From a bacterium (GTDB taxonomy: Bacteria > UBA8248): a stretch of DNA of 64,000 bases. The stretch spans positions 1,632,001 through 1,696,000 of the forward strand of contig CBDCRP010000003.1 in assembly GCA_965221165.1 (NCBI GenBank), given 5' to 3'. Below the pieces are notes generated by a model. The model ran no database searches. It was not told the origin of the DNA and saw only the letters and a list, made by a program, of their open reading frames with translations. The translations under genes and the position numbers were made by a program. Below, piece by piece: positions 10,289 through 20,704 of the stretch (position 1 is the first letter of the stretch; the number at the start of each line of letters is the position of its first letter).

Positions 10289-11029
10289 TCAATTCACCGG
10301 AGGCCACAGGCGGCGGCCCACGCTCGGGCTGCCGGGCGCGTGGATGAGCGTTCTCACCACCCGGCCAGACCAGCCGCTCTCATCGAGCGAGAGGCTCTCG
10401 TGCTTCTGGAACCCCTCCTCCCTCGCCTCGAGCGAGGTGAACTCATACATTATCGAATGCTTGGCCCAGCCTGCGGCGGAAAGAAGCTTTCTCGCGCCGA
10501 TGCAGCCGGGCATCTGCTCCATGAATTTCAGGCGATACTGCGCGTACCACGCGCCCAGGTCGTGCTCCGCATCGGCGTCTTCGGCCAGAAACTGCCCCAT
10601 CTGAATCGCGGGTCCCGGCGTGATGCCGGGGCCCCTCTCGGCGACGGCGGGGCCGTCGACGCGCGCCTCCTCGCTGAATATGCACGCGCGGAGCTCCGTG
10701 CGGAGGCCCAGCACGGCGTTCGTCTCGTCATCGTGTTCTTTTTCGACGTCGGCGAGCGTGGGATGAAAAAACACGTGCGGAGACGCAGCCCCGAAAAGGA
10801 GCGCATACTGCGTGCCGCCGGGAAGCTCATCGGGCCCCACATAGGTGAGCGCCGCGCTCTTCACCTGCTCCATCTGCGCTCCGCCGCCGATGACCTCATA
10901 ATGCGCCGCCCACAGAAAGCCCGCCCGCCGCAGCATGGCCGGCAGATGGCTCTCGTGCAGCCACGCGCAATAGTCTTCTCTTTTCTCTTCGGGCAAATCG
11001 TACCAGGACGCCCAGATTCCTCGGTCCAT
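10289..11029 (-). CDS. Two-domain EthD/DUF4286-like (dimeric alpha+beta barrel) protein
   Basis: Repeated WLHESHLP...GFLWAAHY and WYAQYRL...PGCIGARK halves; similar to 26250..26957. Confidence 0.55.
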   Translation of the reverse strand: MDRGIWASWYDLPEEKREDYCAWLHESHLPAMLRRAGFLWAAHYEVIGGGAQMEQVKSAALTYVGPDELPGGTQYALLFGAASPHVFFHPTLADVEKEHDDETNAVLGLRTELRACIFSEEARVDGPAVAERGPGITPGPAIQMGQFLAEDADAEHDLGAWYAQYRLKFMEQMPGCIGARKLLSAAGWAKHSIMYEFTSLEAREEGFQKHESLSLDESGWSGRVVRTLIHAPGSPSVGRRLWPPVN

Positions 11030-11060
11030 CGCATGACTCCATTTATGGATTGGTGAGACT

Positions 11061-11444
11061 TTATTCCACGAAGGTCGTGCCCGCCTTGTCGTGGTGGGAG
11101 CAGTTCCCGTAGGTGGCGATGAGTTCGGCGGGCTCGGTCTTACTCGGGTTCTCCTGCCCGTGGGGCTCGCCGGCGGGCGCGTAGCAGAAATGCCCCGCCT
11201 CGACGAGGATCTTCTCGGGATTTTTCGGGTCCCCGCTATAGACGTAAATCGGCCCCTTGTTCACGTAAAACACGGCGTCGCACGCATGGGTGTGCATCTT
11301 GTTCCGCCCGCCGGGGGGGATGATGGTGCGCTGCATGGTCATGACCTTCGTGTCCGTCGTCTCGTCGTTCACCCCCCACATGATGGAATAGGGAGGCTCG
11401 TAGGCGTTGTCCTTGTCGACGCTCATGGAATTGATGATTTTCAT
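11061..11444 (-). CDS. Cupin domain protein
   Basis: PPGGRNKMHTH and PAGEPHG cupin motifs; RBS GAGGAG. Confidence 0.85.
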   Translation of the reverse strand: MKIINSMSVDKDNAYEPPYSIMWGVNDETTDTKVMTMQRTIIPPGGRNKMHTHACDAVFYVNKGPIYVYSGDPKNPEKILVEAGHFCYAPAGEPHGQENPSKTEPAELIATYGNCSHHDKAGTTFVE

Positions 11445-11630
11445 GAAACCTTGTCTCCTCGAATCTCCGCGCCGCGCGCGCCGTTCATCCGAACGAATGG
11501 AATGAAAGTTTGCTACCGCCAAGCGATTGGTGAATAATACGCAAATCCTTGGAACGACACCACTTCATCGAGCGATGAGGCACGCTTCCGGGTCGGCGAG
11601 AAAAAAAGACCCCTTGCGACAGGACGGCCC

Positions 11631-12209
11631 ATGTCTTCGGACGAAGAATCAACCAGCGCGCCGAGTCCCATGCTGATGCGCCTGGAAATCTATCTCGCCG
11701 CCGGGATGGCGCTCGCCTCGGCGGGGCTTTCCATCTTCATGCCCTACCTCATCGCGTCGGGCGGCATTTCCTCCGCGCAGGATTTCCTCACGCTCTCTCC
11801 CATCTTCTTCCCGAGGCTCGCGTTCGCGGTGCTCGCCGCCCTGTGCCTGTTCTACCTGCTGGACGCCTGGCGAGGAGCGCGCCACATCCGCTACGCCACC
11901 GATCCGGGCGAGACGACGCGAATCCTCCGAGGCGCGAAGATGTTCCTCATCGTCGCCGCATATTCCATATTCGTGGCAATCCTGGGCTACGGCCTATCGA
12001 CGCTTCTGATGGCGGCGGCGGTCATCTGGTATCTGGGCATCCGGCAGATATGGGTCCTCGCGCCCATGGCGGTCTTGATGCCCATCGTCGTACGCTTCGT
12101 CTTCGAGAGATTGTTGCTCATCTCGCTGCCGAGGAGCGATTTCGAGGCCATCGCCGCCGTCGAGGACGCTATCATGAAGTTTCTCTCCGCCGTCTTTCTC
12201 GGGAAATAG
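11631..12209 (+). CDS. tctB: Tripartite tricarboxylate transporter small membrane subunit
   Basis: 4-5 TM segments, P-x-FFPR and FERLLLISLP motifs, upstream of tctA. Confidence 0.8.
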   Translation: MSSDEESTSAPSPMLMRLEIYLAAGMALASAGLSIFMPYLIASGGISSAQDFLTLSPIFFPRLAFAVLAALCLFYLLDAWRGARHIRYATDPGETTRILRGAKMFLIVAAYSIFVAILGYGLSTLLMAAAVIWYLGIRQIWVLAPMAVLMPIVVRFVFERLLLISLPRSDFEAIAAVEDAIMKFLSAVFLGK

Positions 12210-12221
12210 GGAGGCCAGGCT

Positions 12222-13727
12222 TTGCTCGATTCCTTTTTTCAGGCCTTCGCCCTCCTGCTGCGGATAGACACCTATCTCTACATCAGCGCAGGTCTTACCA
12301 TCGGCATGTTCGTGGGGGCCATGCCGGGCCTCACCACCATCCTCGCCATGTCGGTTCTTCTGCCCATCTCATTCAAGCTCGAACCCATGCTCGGCATTCC
12401 GTTTCTGATCGGCATCTACAAGGGCGGGATTTACGGAGGCAGCATCCCCGCGATTCTCGTCGGCATTCCCGGAACGGGCGCATCCATCGCCACGACGTTC
12501 GACGGCCCCGCCCTCACCCGCAAGGGCGAGGGGCGAAAGGCGCTCGAGATGGCGCTGTTCTCCTCCACCATCGCCGACACGCTGTCGGACATCTTCACCC
12601 TGGCGCTCATCGGCCCCATCGCCATCGTCACGCTCTTGATCGGGCCGCCGGAGGTGTTCGCCGTCATCATCTTCTCGCTGGTGCTCATCGCGAGCGTATC
12701 GAGCGATTCGGGCCTCAAGGGAGCCATCGCCGCCTGCATCGGCATGGGGCTGGGCTTCATCGGCACCGACGCGACCACCGGGGCCACCCGCATGACGTTC
12801 GACCTGGAAGCCCTGAGCGCGGGCATCCCCCTCATCCCGCTGGCGATCGGCATTTTCGCCATGCCCGAGGTGCTCGAGGCGGTCGAATCGCGCACCGTGC
12901 GCTTCATCAGCGAGCACGTGGACCTCGCCAAGGCGGGAGAGCGCCTGCGCTGGCATGAGTTCAAGGCGTCTATTCGCACCATCGCGCGCTCCACCGCCAT
13001 CGGAACGGGCATCGGCATGGTGCCGGGCGTGGGACAGGTGGTGGCCGCATTCATCGGCTACAGCGCGGCGAAGCGCGCGTCCAAGAATCCCGAGAACTTC
13101 GGCAAGGGCGAACTCGACGGCATCGCGGCGCCCGAGGCCGCGAACAACGCCGTCAACGGCCCCACGCTGGTTCCCCTGCTGACGCTGGGCATTCCGGGAG
13201 ACAACGTCACCGCCATTCTGCTGGGCGCGTTCGTGGCGCACGGGATGCGGCCGGGGCCCCAGATATTTCAGGAACAAGGGGCGCTCATGTACGCCCTCAT
13301 CCTCACCATGGTGCTGGCCAACGTGCTCTTCTTCTTCCTGGGCTACGTTCTGCTCAAGCCCTTCGCCCGCGCCATTCAACTGAAAAAGGCGTATCTCATC
13401 CCCGTCATCGTGGCGCTGGCCTTCGTGGGCACGCTCTCCACGGGAGCGAACTCGGACGTGATACTGATGGTCATCATCGGCGTGTGCGCCTATATCCTGA
13501 GAAAATTCAGGTTCGACCTGGCGCCCCTCATCATCGCCTTTGTGCTGGCCGAACCGATAGAGTACCGTTTGAGCCAGTCGATGCTGTATGCGAAGGGCGC
13601 TCCGTTTTCGTATCTTTTCGTGCAAAGACCAATCGCCTCCGCCTTTCTGGTGGCGGCGCTGATTTGGGTCGGCTATCTCATTCTTCGCCCGATGTGGCGG
13701 CGCGCCAGGGGGCCCGCCGCTTCATGA
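12222..13727 (+). CDS. tctA: Tripartite tricarboxylate transporter large membrane subunit
   Basis: GAMPGL, YGGSIPAIL, APEAANNA, LTLGIPG. Confidence 0.93.
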   Translation: MLDSFFQAFALLLRIDTYLYISAGLTIGMFVGAMPGLTTILAMSVLLPISFKLEPMLGIPFLIGIYKGGIYGGSIPAILVGIPGTGASIATTFDGPALTRKGEGRKALEMALFSSTIADTLSDIFTLALIGPIAIVTLLIGPPEVFAVIIFSLVLIASVSSDSGLKGAIAACIGMGLGFIGTDATTGATRMTFDLEALSAGIPLIPLAIGIFAMPEVLEAVESRTVRFISEHVDLAKAGERLRWHEFKASIRTIARSTAIGTGIGMVPGVGQVVAAFIGYSAAKRASKNPENFGKGELDGIAAPEAANNAVNGPTLVPLLTLGIPGDNVTAILLGAFVAHGMRPGPQIFQEQGALMYALILTMVLANVLFFFLGYVLLKPFARAIQLKKAYLIPVIVALAFVGTLSTGANSDVILMVIIGVCAYILRKFRFDLAPLIIAFVLAEPIEYRLSQSMLYAKGAPFSYLFVQRPIASAFLVAALIWVGYLILRPMWRRARGPAAS

Positions 13728-13753
13728 GGGCATATTCATCAAAGGAGATCATC

Positions 13754-14734
13754 ATGAAAAAACGCTTCTTCGCCGTCTTGGCCGCGCTGGTTCTGCTCGT
13801 CGGGCTGGGACTGCCCTCCGCGAGCACGGCGGCCTATCCCGATCGCCCCATCACGCTCGTTCTGCCGGTGAGCGCGGGCGGCAGCCACGACCTCCACGCG
13901 CGCGGCATCACCAGCATCATCGCCGACATTCTCGGCCAGCCCATGGTGGTGAAGCTCGTGCCGGGCGGCGCGGGCATGAAGGGCACGGGCTTCGTCGCCA
14001 AGGCCAAGGCGGACGGCTACACCCTGCTCTTCAGCCACAACGGCTTCGACCAGCTCGTGCCGCAAACGCGCAAGGTGCCCTTCAACACGCTGCGCGACTT
14101 CAAGGCCGTCGCCAAGATCAACCACGGGCAGCCGGTGTTCTTCTCGCTCGCGAACAGGCCTTGGAAGAACATGAAGGACTTCGTCGCCTACGCCAAGAAA
14201 AACCCCGGCAAGGTCAACTGGGGCCACAGCGGCGTCTGGGGCGCGGGCCACGTGCCGGCCATGCAGTTCGTGCGCGCGGCGGGCATCAAGGTGAACTTCA
14301 TCCCGCATAAGGGCGGCGGCCCCGCTCTGCGCGCCGTCCTCGCCGGACAGGACGACGTGGGCATCGCCTTCCCGACCCAGCTTCGCCCCCACAAGAAGGC
14401 CGGAAAGGTCACCGTGCTCGCACTCACGGGGAATGCGCGCCTCTCGAAGGACAAGGACTTCAAGGAAGTCCCGACCACGACGGAACTCGGCTACAAGGGC
14501 GTGGGTTTCACGATGGACCGCATCTTCATGGCGCCTGCCAAGACGCCCGCCGACAGGCTGAAGACACTGCGCGAGGCCTTCGTGAAGCTCACGAAGAACA
14601 AATCCTTCAAGCGCTTCATGCGCAGCATCGGCGAAAACGTGGTTTTCGTGAGCGGCGCGGACTATGAAAAGGTCAGAAAGCCGAACTACGACGGCTATAC
14701 GCAACTCATCAAGGCCATGACGATGAAGAAATAG
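13754..14734 (+). CDS. tctC: Tripartite tricarboxylate transporter substrate-binding protein (Bug/TctC)
   Basis: Signal peptide, YPDRPITLVLP, AGGSHD, PGGAG, ADGYTL; RBS AAGGAG. Confidence 0.9.
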   Translation: MKKRFFAVLAALVLLVGLGLPSASTAAYPDRPITLVLPVSAGGSHDLHARGITSIIADILGQPMVVKLVPGGAGMKGTGFVAKAKADGYTLLFSHNGFDQLVPQTRKVPFNTLRDFKAVAKINHGQPVFFSLANRPWKNMKDFVAYAKKNPGKVNWGHSGVWGAGHVPAMQFVRAAGIKVNFIPHKGGGPALRAVLAGQDDVGIAFPTQLRPHKKAGKVTVLALTGNARLSKDKDFKEVPTTTELGYKGVGFTMDRIFMAPAKTPADRLKTLREAFVKLTKNKSFKRFMRSIGENVVFVSGADYEKVRKPNYDGYTQLIKAMTMKK

Positions 14735-14752
14735 GTTTTCAATCTGCGCATC

Positions 14753-14806
14753 ACAGGGGGATGAGCGGCGTCACGGAAAATCCAAGCCGCTCATCCCCTG
14801 TTTTTT
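14753..14806 (+). terminator. Intrinsic terminator after tctC
   Basis: ACAGGGGGATGAGCGGC / GCCGCTCATCCCCTGT stem followed by a T run. Confidence 0.7.
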
Positions 14807-14975
14807 GAAATCGTAGACAGGGCATCCCGCAAGAAACACTCCCAACCACCCCCGAAGCTCCCGATACCCTACGCCGCTTGGCGAAACGAAAACTCCAAGC
14901 TATATTGCCCGCCGAACAAGGGAAGAGCAGTTTCTCCCACTCTTGAAAAATCCCACGCGCAGGGAGGCTCCTGTT

Positions 14976-15395
14976 TTGGCCGATATCATTACAGGCATGA
15001 TCAAACGCTACGCCACGGACGACCGCTTCACGCCCGAGCCCGACCCTTCGGGCCGCTCCATCCGGCTGGTGATGAACGAAGTCTGCTGGTTCGAGATCGC
15101 GAAAAACGAGGACGACGGCAAACTCCGCATCAGTTTCGCCACCGCCGACCGCTACATGAACGAGGACATCGAACTCGCCATCCTGGACAGCAAGGACCCG
15201 ATTGACGATTTCGTGTACGACGGCATGGAAGAAGCGGGCGAGGAGGAAGAACACAAAGTCGAGCACTACCACGACGGCGTGTTCCGCTACGCCATCGACC
15301 TGCCTCTGGATAAGCCGGGTCTCGACGAGCAGGCGGCGCGCGTGCTCGATGGCCTGTTCTACACCTTTGAGGAATTCACCGAAGGCGACGATTGA
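14976..15395 (+). CDS. Acidic hypothetical protein
   Basis: Codon usage like host genes; TTG start after GGGAGG; no recognised motif. Confidence 0.7.
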   Translation: MADIITGMIKRYATDDRFTPEPDPSGRSIRLVMNEVCWFEIAKNEDDGKLRISFATADRYMNEDIELAILDSKDPIDDFVYDGMEEAGEEEEHKVEHYHDGVFRYAIDLPLDKPGLDEQAARVLDGLFYTFEEFTEGDD

Positions 15396-15476
15396 TCTTT
15401 AATACTTCGCTCCAAGAGTTCGGGTATCTTTATTTCCGGTCGACACGCCAACAAGTGCGCGTCCGGCGCGGATTGA

Positions 15477-15899
15477 TTAGGACGCATCCCCGATAATCTG
15501 GACTTCCACCCGCCTGCTCCTCGGGCGGTTGTCGAAATCGACCAGGACAATCTGCTGCCAGACGCCGGTAACGAGCGCGCCCCCTCTGAGCGGCAGGGCG
15601 AGGCTCGGCCCCAGCAAGGCGGCGCGGACGTGGGAGAAGCCGTTCCCGTCCCCCCAGCGCGCATCGTGCGCGTAAGCCATCCCCTCGGGCGCGATGCGGT
15701 CGATCGCCTCTTTCAAGTCCGAAATTGCGCCCGGTTCATACTCCATCGTCGTCAGGCCCGCCGTCGAGCCCGGCGTGAAGGCCACGACGATTCCGCTCAG
15801 AACCCCGCTTCTGGCGACGGCGCGCTCCACCTGCGGCGTGATGTCCAGAATATCCGTCCGCCCCTTCGTTTCGACCACGAAGCCGTCTTCGAACGCCAC
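15477..15899 (-). CDS. yjbQ: YjbQ/UPF0047 family protein
   Basis: DITPQV, GSTAGLTTMEYEPG, GDGNGFSHVRAALLGPS, GVWQQIVLVDFD. Confidence 0.9.
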   Translation of the reverse strand: MAFEDGFVVETKGRTDILDITPQVERAVARSGVLSGIVVAFTPGSTAGLTTMEYEPGAISDLKEAIDRIAPEGMAYAHDARWGDGNGFSHVRAALLGPSLALPLRGGALVTGVWQQIVLVDFDNRPRSRRVEVQIIGDAS

Positions 15900-15974
15900 C
15901 GGGAAACCTCCTCGATTTCAGGTTGAACCAAGAAACTCCTCGTAAAAATCCGAATCATGAAAAACCACGCGAAA

Positions 15975-16004
15975 AAAAGCGGCCCCCGCTCGAGAGCCGC
16001 TTTT
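15975..16004 (-). terminator. Intrinsic (possibly bidirectional) terminator after citrate synthase
   Basis: AAAAGCGGC...GCCGCTTTT inverted repeat. Confidence 0.6.
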
Positions 16005-16021
16005 CGGTTCGCGCCTTTTGT

Positions 16022-17191
16022 CTACCCGCGTTCTCCAATCGGCGTGTACTGCGATTCCAGGTCGCCGATGTAGACCGCGCGGGGCCTGAAGAGCCGGTTC
16101 TCGGGCAGATATTCGAGGATGCGCGCCGACCAGCCTGCGATGCGCGGCACGGCGAAGATGGGCGTGAACATATCCGTGTCGATGCCCATGGCGTCGTAGA
16201 TGACGCCCGAGAAAAAATCGACGTTGGGGAAAATGCCCTTGCCCCCCAGGTCCGCCACCACGAGGGCTTCGAGCTTTTTCGCTATCTCGTAGAGATGGCC
16301 CGTGCCGGCGCGCCCGGAGAATTCCTTGGCGATGGGGTCGAACAGCCGCGCCCTCGGGTCGTAGGCCTTGTACACGCGGTGGCCGAAGCCCATCACCTTC
16401 ACCCTTTTCTCCTTCGCCGCCGCGAACCACTCTCCCGTAGTGGCGGGGTCTCCTATCTCCTGGAACGTGCGCAGCGTGGCCTCGTTCGCGCCGCCGTGCA
16501 GAGGCCCCTTGAGCGAGCCTATCCCTGCGACGATGGAACTGTAGAAATCAGTCAAGGAGCTGTTCGTCACCATCGAGGAGAAGGTGGAGGCGTTCATGCC
16601 GTGTTCGGCGTGGATGATGAGCGCCATGTCCATCACTTCCGCCGTGCGCTGGTCGGGCGTCTCGCCCGTCATCATGCGGAGGAAATCCTCGGAGAGGCCC
16701 CTCGTGGGGTCGGGCTCCAGGAGGAACTCGCCCCTTCTCGCCCGCTGGATGGCCGCCACGAGGGTGGGGAACTGCGCCGTCAGCGTGAGGGCGATGTCGA
16801 AATCGTTCTCCACCGTCACCTCGAATTCCCTGGGGTTCAGGCAGCCGAGCATGGAGACGGCGGTGCGCAGCGTGCTCATGGGGTGGCACCTGGAGGCGAT
16901 CTGCACGATCAGGTCTTTCACTTCCTGGGGAATGCTGCGGCGCAAGGCCAGATCCGCGTTGAAGACGTCGAGTTCGCTCCGGGTGGGCAGCTTCCCGTTG
17001 AGCAGCAGGTAGACCGTTTCCTCATAGCCCCCGCCTCCGGCGCAGAGGTCGTCGATGCTGTATCCGCGATAGATGAGCTTGCCGTTCGCCCCATCCACGT
17101 AGCTGATGGCGCTTTCGTTCGTGATGGCTCCCTCGAGGCCTTTCTTGAATTCCACGCTGCCAACGAATTGGCGGGGTTTTTCTTCAGCCAT
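16022..17191 (-). CDS. Citrate synthase / 2-methylcitrate synthase (small type)
   Basis: KGLEG, LIYRGY, HAEHGMNAST, GPLHGGANE, MGFGHRVYK, PNVDF. Confidence 0.95.
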   Translation of the reverse strand: MAEEKPRQFVGSVEFKKGLEGAITNESAISYVDGANGKLIYRGYSIDDLCAGGGGYEETVYLLLNGKLPTRSELDVFNADLALRRSIPQEVKDLIVQIASRCHPMSTLRTAVSMLGCLNPREFEVTVENDFDIALTLTAQFPTLVAAIQRARRGEFLLEPDPTRGLSEDFLRMMTGETPDQRTAEVMDMALIIHAEHGMNASTFSSMVTNSSLTDFYSSIVAGIGSLKGPLHGGANEATLRTFQEIGDPATTGEWFAAAKEKRVKVMGFGHRVYKAYDPRARLFDPIAKEFSGRAGTGHLYEIAKKLEALVVADLGGKGIFPNVDFFSGVIYDAMGIDTDMFTPIFAVPRIAGWSARILEYLPENRLFRPRAVYIGDLESQYTPIGERG

Positions 17192-17586
17192 GGGCGTCTC
17201 CAAGCGCATAGTGATGAGTGAGCTTCAACAATACGTTTATTATCAACGGGTTTCGGAGCCCAAAACCCCGGGCCGCGAAACCACTATTGATAACGTATAC
17301 TGTATACAATTTAACGAAATATAATAATAATTTTACTATACAAGTATTCCCGTTCTTTATGCAATACGAATTATCGAATGGAAAAAGACCGGGTGAGCGA
17401 ATGAAACGAAACGTTTTGAAAAGCGACGCTCCAAAGCGTTCTCATCCCTCTCCCACCGCGCGCGTACTTCGCGCCTCCGGGGCTTTGCTTGACACCCCGC
17501 GCGCGCGACCGTAGAAACCTTGAGCGAACAGACTCAGGCTTGGCCGAGGAGAGGACACCCAATCCCCCGCACCGGAAACCCGAACC

Positions 17587-18321
17587 ATGGCCCGACTGAC
17601 CGACTACCGTGCACTGACGTTCGACTGCTACGGCACCCTCATCGACTGGGAGGCCGGAATCTGGGATGCCTTACAACCCCTGATCATGGGGGGCGGCGAA
17701 CAGGCGGTGACGCGCGAGGCCGCACTCCTCGCCTTCGCGAAGTGGGAAGCCCACCACGAGCACGCCTCCCCCGAACTTCGCTATCCCGACCTCTTAACTT
17801 GCGTCCACCGGAGCATGGCGGAGAGCTTAGGTCTTAAGACGAACGACGCGCTCGATGAGGCGTTCGGCGCATCGGTGCCGCTGTGGCCTGCGTTCTCTGA
17901 TACCGCGGACGCGCTGCGCATCTTGAAGAGGCATTATAAGCTCGTCATTCTCTCCAACGTGCACCGCGAGGGCTTCGCCGCCTCGAACCGCAAGCTGGGC
18001 GTCGAGTTCGACGCGGTCTACACCGCCGAGGAGGTCGGGTCCTACAAGCCCGCCGACGCCAACTTCGAGTATCTCCTCTCGCACCTCAAGTCGGACTTCG
18101 ATCTCGACCGCTCCGACGTCCTGCACACCGCGCAGAGCCTGCGCCACGACCATGCGCCGGCGAACCGTTTCGGCCTCGCCAACGCCTGGATCGACCGGCA
18201 GAGGCTCTCCGAGGGAGGAAGCTGGGGGGCGACGGAAAAAGTCGAAACGACCCCGACGACCGATTTCATCTTCTTCTCGATGGACGAGATGGCCGAAGCC
18301 GTAGAGGCCGAGGGGGGTTGA
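17587..18321 (+). CDS. HAD-superfamily hydrolase (haloacid dehalogenase type II-like)
   Basis: TFDCYGTLIDWE, ILSN, GSYKP, HTAQSLRHDH. Confidence 0.9.
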   Translation: MARLTDYRALTFDCYGTLIDWEAGIWDALQPLIMGGGEQAVTREAALLAFAKWEAHHEHASPELRYPDLLTCVHRSMAESLGLKTNDALDEAFGASVPLWPAFSDTADALRILKRHYKLVILSNVHREGFAASNRKLGVEFDAVYTAEEVGSYKPADANFEYLLSHLKSDFDLDRSDVLHTAQSLRHDHAPANRFGLANAWIDRQRLSEGGSWGATEKVETTPTTDFIFFSMDEMAEAVEAEGG

Positions 18322-18407
18322 GTGGAGCGCGGCGGGGGCGAGTGCTTCAACTCGTGTTAATCGAGATTGAACCCATCGACGTAGACATTTGTCCGTATGA
18401 TTACCTT

Positions 18408-18437
18408 AAAAAAAGCAGGGGCCTCGTGAGAGGCCCC
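18408..18437 (-). terminator. Intrinsic terminator (minus strand)
   Basis: GGGGCCTC-GTGA-GAGGCCCC with A7 on its left. Confidence 0.65.
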
Positions 18438-18618
18438 GCACCCGGCGGTCGAAACCCTCCGGGGGAGTGAAGAAAAAATGCCGCTATTCCGGCTCAACGT
18501 CAACAGAAAAAATAGCGACTCCACCCGCATCCGCCGGGGATTGTCGGGAAGTGTGGCGCGTCAACACGTTTCCCGAAAAGGCTTTGAACGCCTGCCGGGA
18601 GATGCGCCCGTCGTGCGT

Positions 18619-19479
18619 TCAGTTTCCCCGTCGCTGGAGCACGACGCGGGAGTAGACCCCTTCGATGTTGAGTTCGCGCCAATTGGCGTAGGAACCCCAA
18701 TCCTTGTACTTATCGAGGGTGATCGACGCCTTCATCTGTTGCAGGCTCCGACCCGCGCGCGCGGCGGCGACGACGGCGTTGTACAGGTCCTCGTGGTAGC
18801 GGCGATGATCGGCGACGTCCTTCTTGGCGCCCATGGCCCCGTGACCGGGCGCCAGGATGTCGAAGTCCAGCCGCTCGACACGCCGCAACGAGTCGATCCA
18901 GTCAGGGTAGTAGGAATCGGAGAGGTTGCGGTAGGGCAGGCGCTTGACCGACACGAAGTCGACGGCGAACAGGGTCCGCTCCTCGGGGAACAGCATCACG
19001 ATTGAGTTGTCCGAGTGGTTGCGGCCCGTATAGATGAGCTCGACCCGCTTGCCCCCCAGCGCCACCGTCATGCGGTCGGTGAACGTGATGTCGGGCACCG
19101 CGGTCGGACGGCCTTCGCCGATGATCGCGGCCTTGGTCCTCTCGTGGGCGATCACCGTCGCGGTGTCGGCGAAGACCTCGCCGCCGGCGCTGTGGTCGCG
19201 GTGATCGTGGCTGAGAATCAGGTACTTGACCGGCCGGTTGAATCGCTTGGCGATCTCGGCTTTGAGCCAGGTGGCCGCCTCTTTGTTGATGGGATCGGTG
19301 ACGATCACGCCATCCGGCGTCACCAGGAAGACGGAATAGTGAAATTTGTTCTGGAAGCGGTAGAGATCGCCCGCGATGCGGGTGATGGCGCGTTTGGCCT
19401 GTGCGTGAAGCGCGCCGGGCGCCAGGAGGGCGGCGGCGAGGAACACGGCGGCGATAAGCCGCGATAGGGCTGGTTTCAT
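18619..19479 (-). CDS. Secreted MBL-fold metallo-hydrolase
   Basis: Signal peptide, SHDHRDH, NHSD, APGHG; RBS AAGGAGG. Confidence 0.88.
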   Translation of the reverse strand: MKPALSRLIAAVFLAAALLAPGALHAQAKRAITRIAGDLYRFQNKFHYSVFLVTPDGVIVTDPINKEAATWLKAEIAKRFNRPVKYLILSHDHRDHSAGGEVFADTATVIAHERTKAAIIGEGRPTAVPDITFTDRMTVALGGKRVELIYTGRNHSDNSIVMLFPEERTLFAVDFVSVKRLPYRNLSDSYYPDWIDSLRRVERLDFDILAPGHGAMGAKKDVADHRRYHEDLYNAVVAAARAGRSLQQMKASITLDKYKDWGSYANWRELNIEGVYSRVVLQRRGN

Positions 19480-19651
19480 GAGGACCTCCTTGCGCTTTGG
19501 CGGCGTGGTGGGAACCGGTCCCGCCCGGGAGCAGGACGCAGCAACCAAGCGTACTATCCCGTGCTCGGCGGGGTCAAACACACGTTCGTGACCTGCGGGG
19601 GAGCATGAACTCGCGACCCTGCTCACGCCGCGATGCCTCCTTTCTCCGGCC

Positions 19652-20023
19652 TCAACTCCGCCGCGCAAGCCACCACGACGACACCCAGACCGGCAGACTT
19701 AAGGTCACCGCGTAGACGGCGATGGCGATAGGACCGAGCAATCCCGCCACCAGCGACGCCGCCACCGTGAGGACGCCGAGCCCGACCCCCGCCGTCCAGG
19801 CGGCGCGTCGGTAACCCAGCCGCCACAATCGTCGACACCCCAGCGCCAGCGGCAGGCCGCAAGGCGCGACCGGGATCAGCGACCCCATCGACATCGGCAT
19901 CGACATCCACATCGCGGGCTCACTCCCGAAGCGCACGACCGCGGTCGCGACCACCCCTGCCGGCAGCCACAAGAGCGCCAGCGCCCAGAAACCGCGCCGC
20001 CCGATGAATTCTTGTCTATTCAT
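19652..20023 (-). CDS. Small membrane protein, hypothetical
   Basis: About 4 hydrophobic segments; RBS GAGG. Confidence 0.55.
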   Translation of the reverse strand: MNRQEFIGRRGFWALALLWLPAGVVATAVVRFGSEPAMWMSMPMSMGSLIPVAPCGLPLALGCRRLWRLGYRRAAWTAGVGLGVLTVAASLVAGLLGPIAIAVYAVTLSLPVWVSSWWLARRS

Positions 20024-20211
20024 GCCTCATCTGACCCGAATCCCGAACCGCCCGCAAGCCGGGATGGACCTCCAGACATCTACATCTTCGAGGATAAAAG
20101 CGAAGGCTAAACGACGATGTGGTCGGGGCGGATAATTCTGCCACCATTGCAGCGGTGATGGCAGGGAAGATAAACTTTCCTTGATTGGAGAACCAAAACG
20201 TACAGAGGAGA

Positions 20212-20628
20212 ATGAAAGTGACCGGGGCTAGGCGTTGTAAACGAAGTTCGGGGAGCATGGCGGCGGTGTTCGTGACAGCCGCGTTTGTGTTGGCGCTCGC
20301 CACGGACGCGGCGGGAGGCGAAACAACCATTGGGAGGTGGTGTGATCGGATGATTCCCAACATGTCCAAATACAATCGAACCATGGCCATCGTTAATACC
20401 AATGATGGCAAGATCGTGCTCAAGTCGAAATTCAAAGATGGCTCCTCAAGGATGAACGAGTTACGGGAAGCAGCGGGTAGCATCTACGAGAAGATTGGAA
20501 GTAGCTCTGGGGACAAGTACAGGATCGTTCCAAACACGGGGGACCTCCAATTGCTAGATAACGATGGTTTGGTCAGGGTTGCTACTCGTTTGGAGAACAC
20601 TCCCAAAAGTAACGAATGCTCACACTAG
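20212..20628 (+). CDS. Secreted hypothetical protein (A+T-richer)
   Basis: RBS GAGGAG, signal-peptide-like segment, one Cys near each end of the mature part. Confidence 0.6.
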   Translation: MKVTGARRCKRSSGSMAAVFVTAAFVLALATDAAGGETTIGRWCDRMIPNMSKYNRTMAIVNTNDGKIVLKSKFKDGSSRMNELREAAGSIYEKIGSSSGDKYRIVPNTGDLQLLDNDGLVRVATRLENTPKSNECSH

Positions 20629-20704
20629 CCACGCATCGTTGATACTTTAAGTGGCTCGCATCCAATCCTCTCTCCTAAGTCCTATGGAAAATAAAATATA
20701 GACC

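Noticed and set aside
12369-17221. Long antisense ORFs (e.g. 12369-13625, 15923-17221; likewise 25169-26374, 48347-49786, 54111-55412)
   Set aside because: Shadow frames opposite well-supported genes, expected in high-GC coding DNA, with no motifs.
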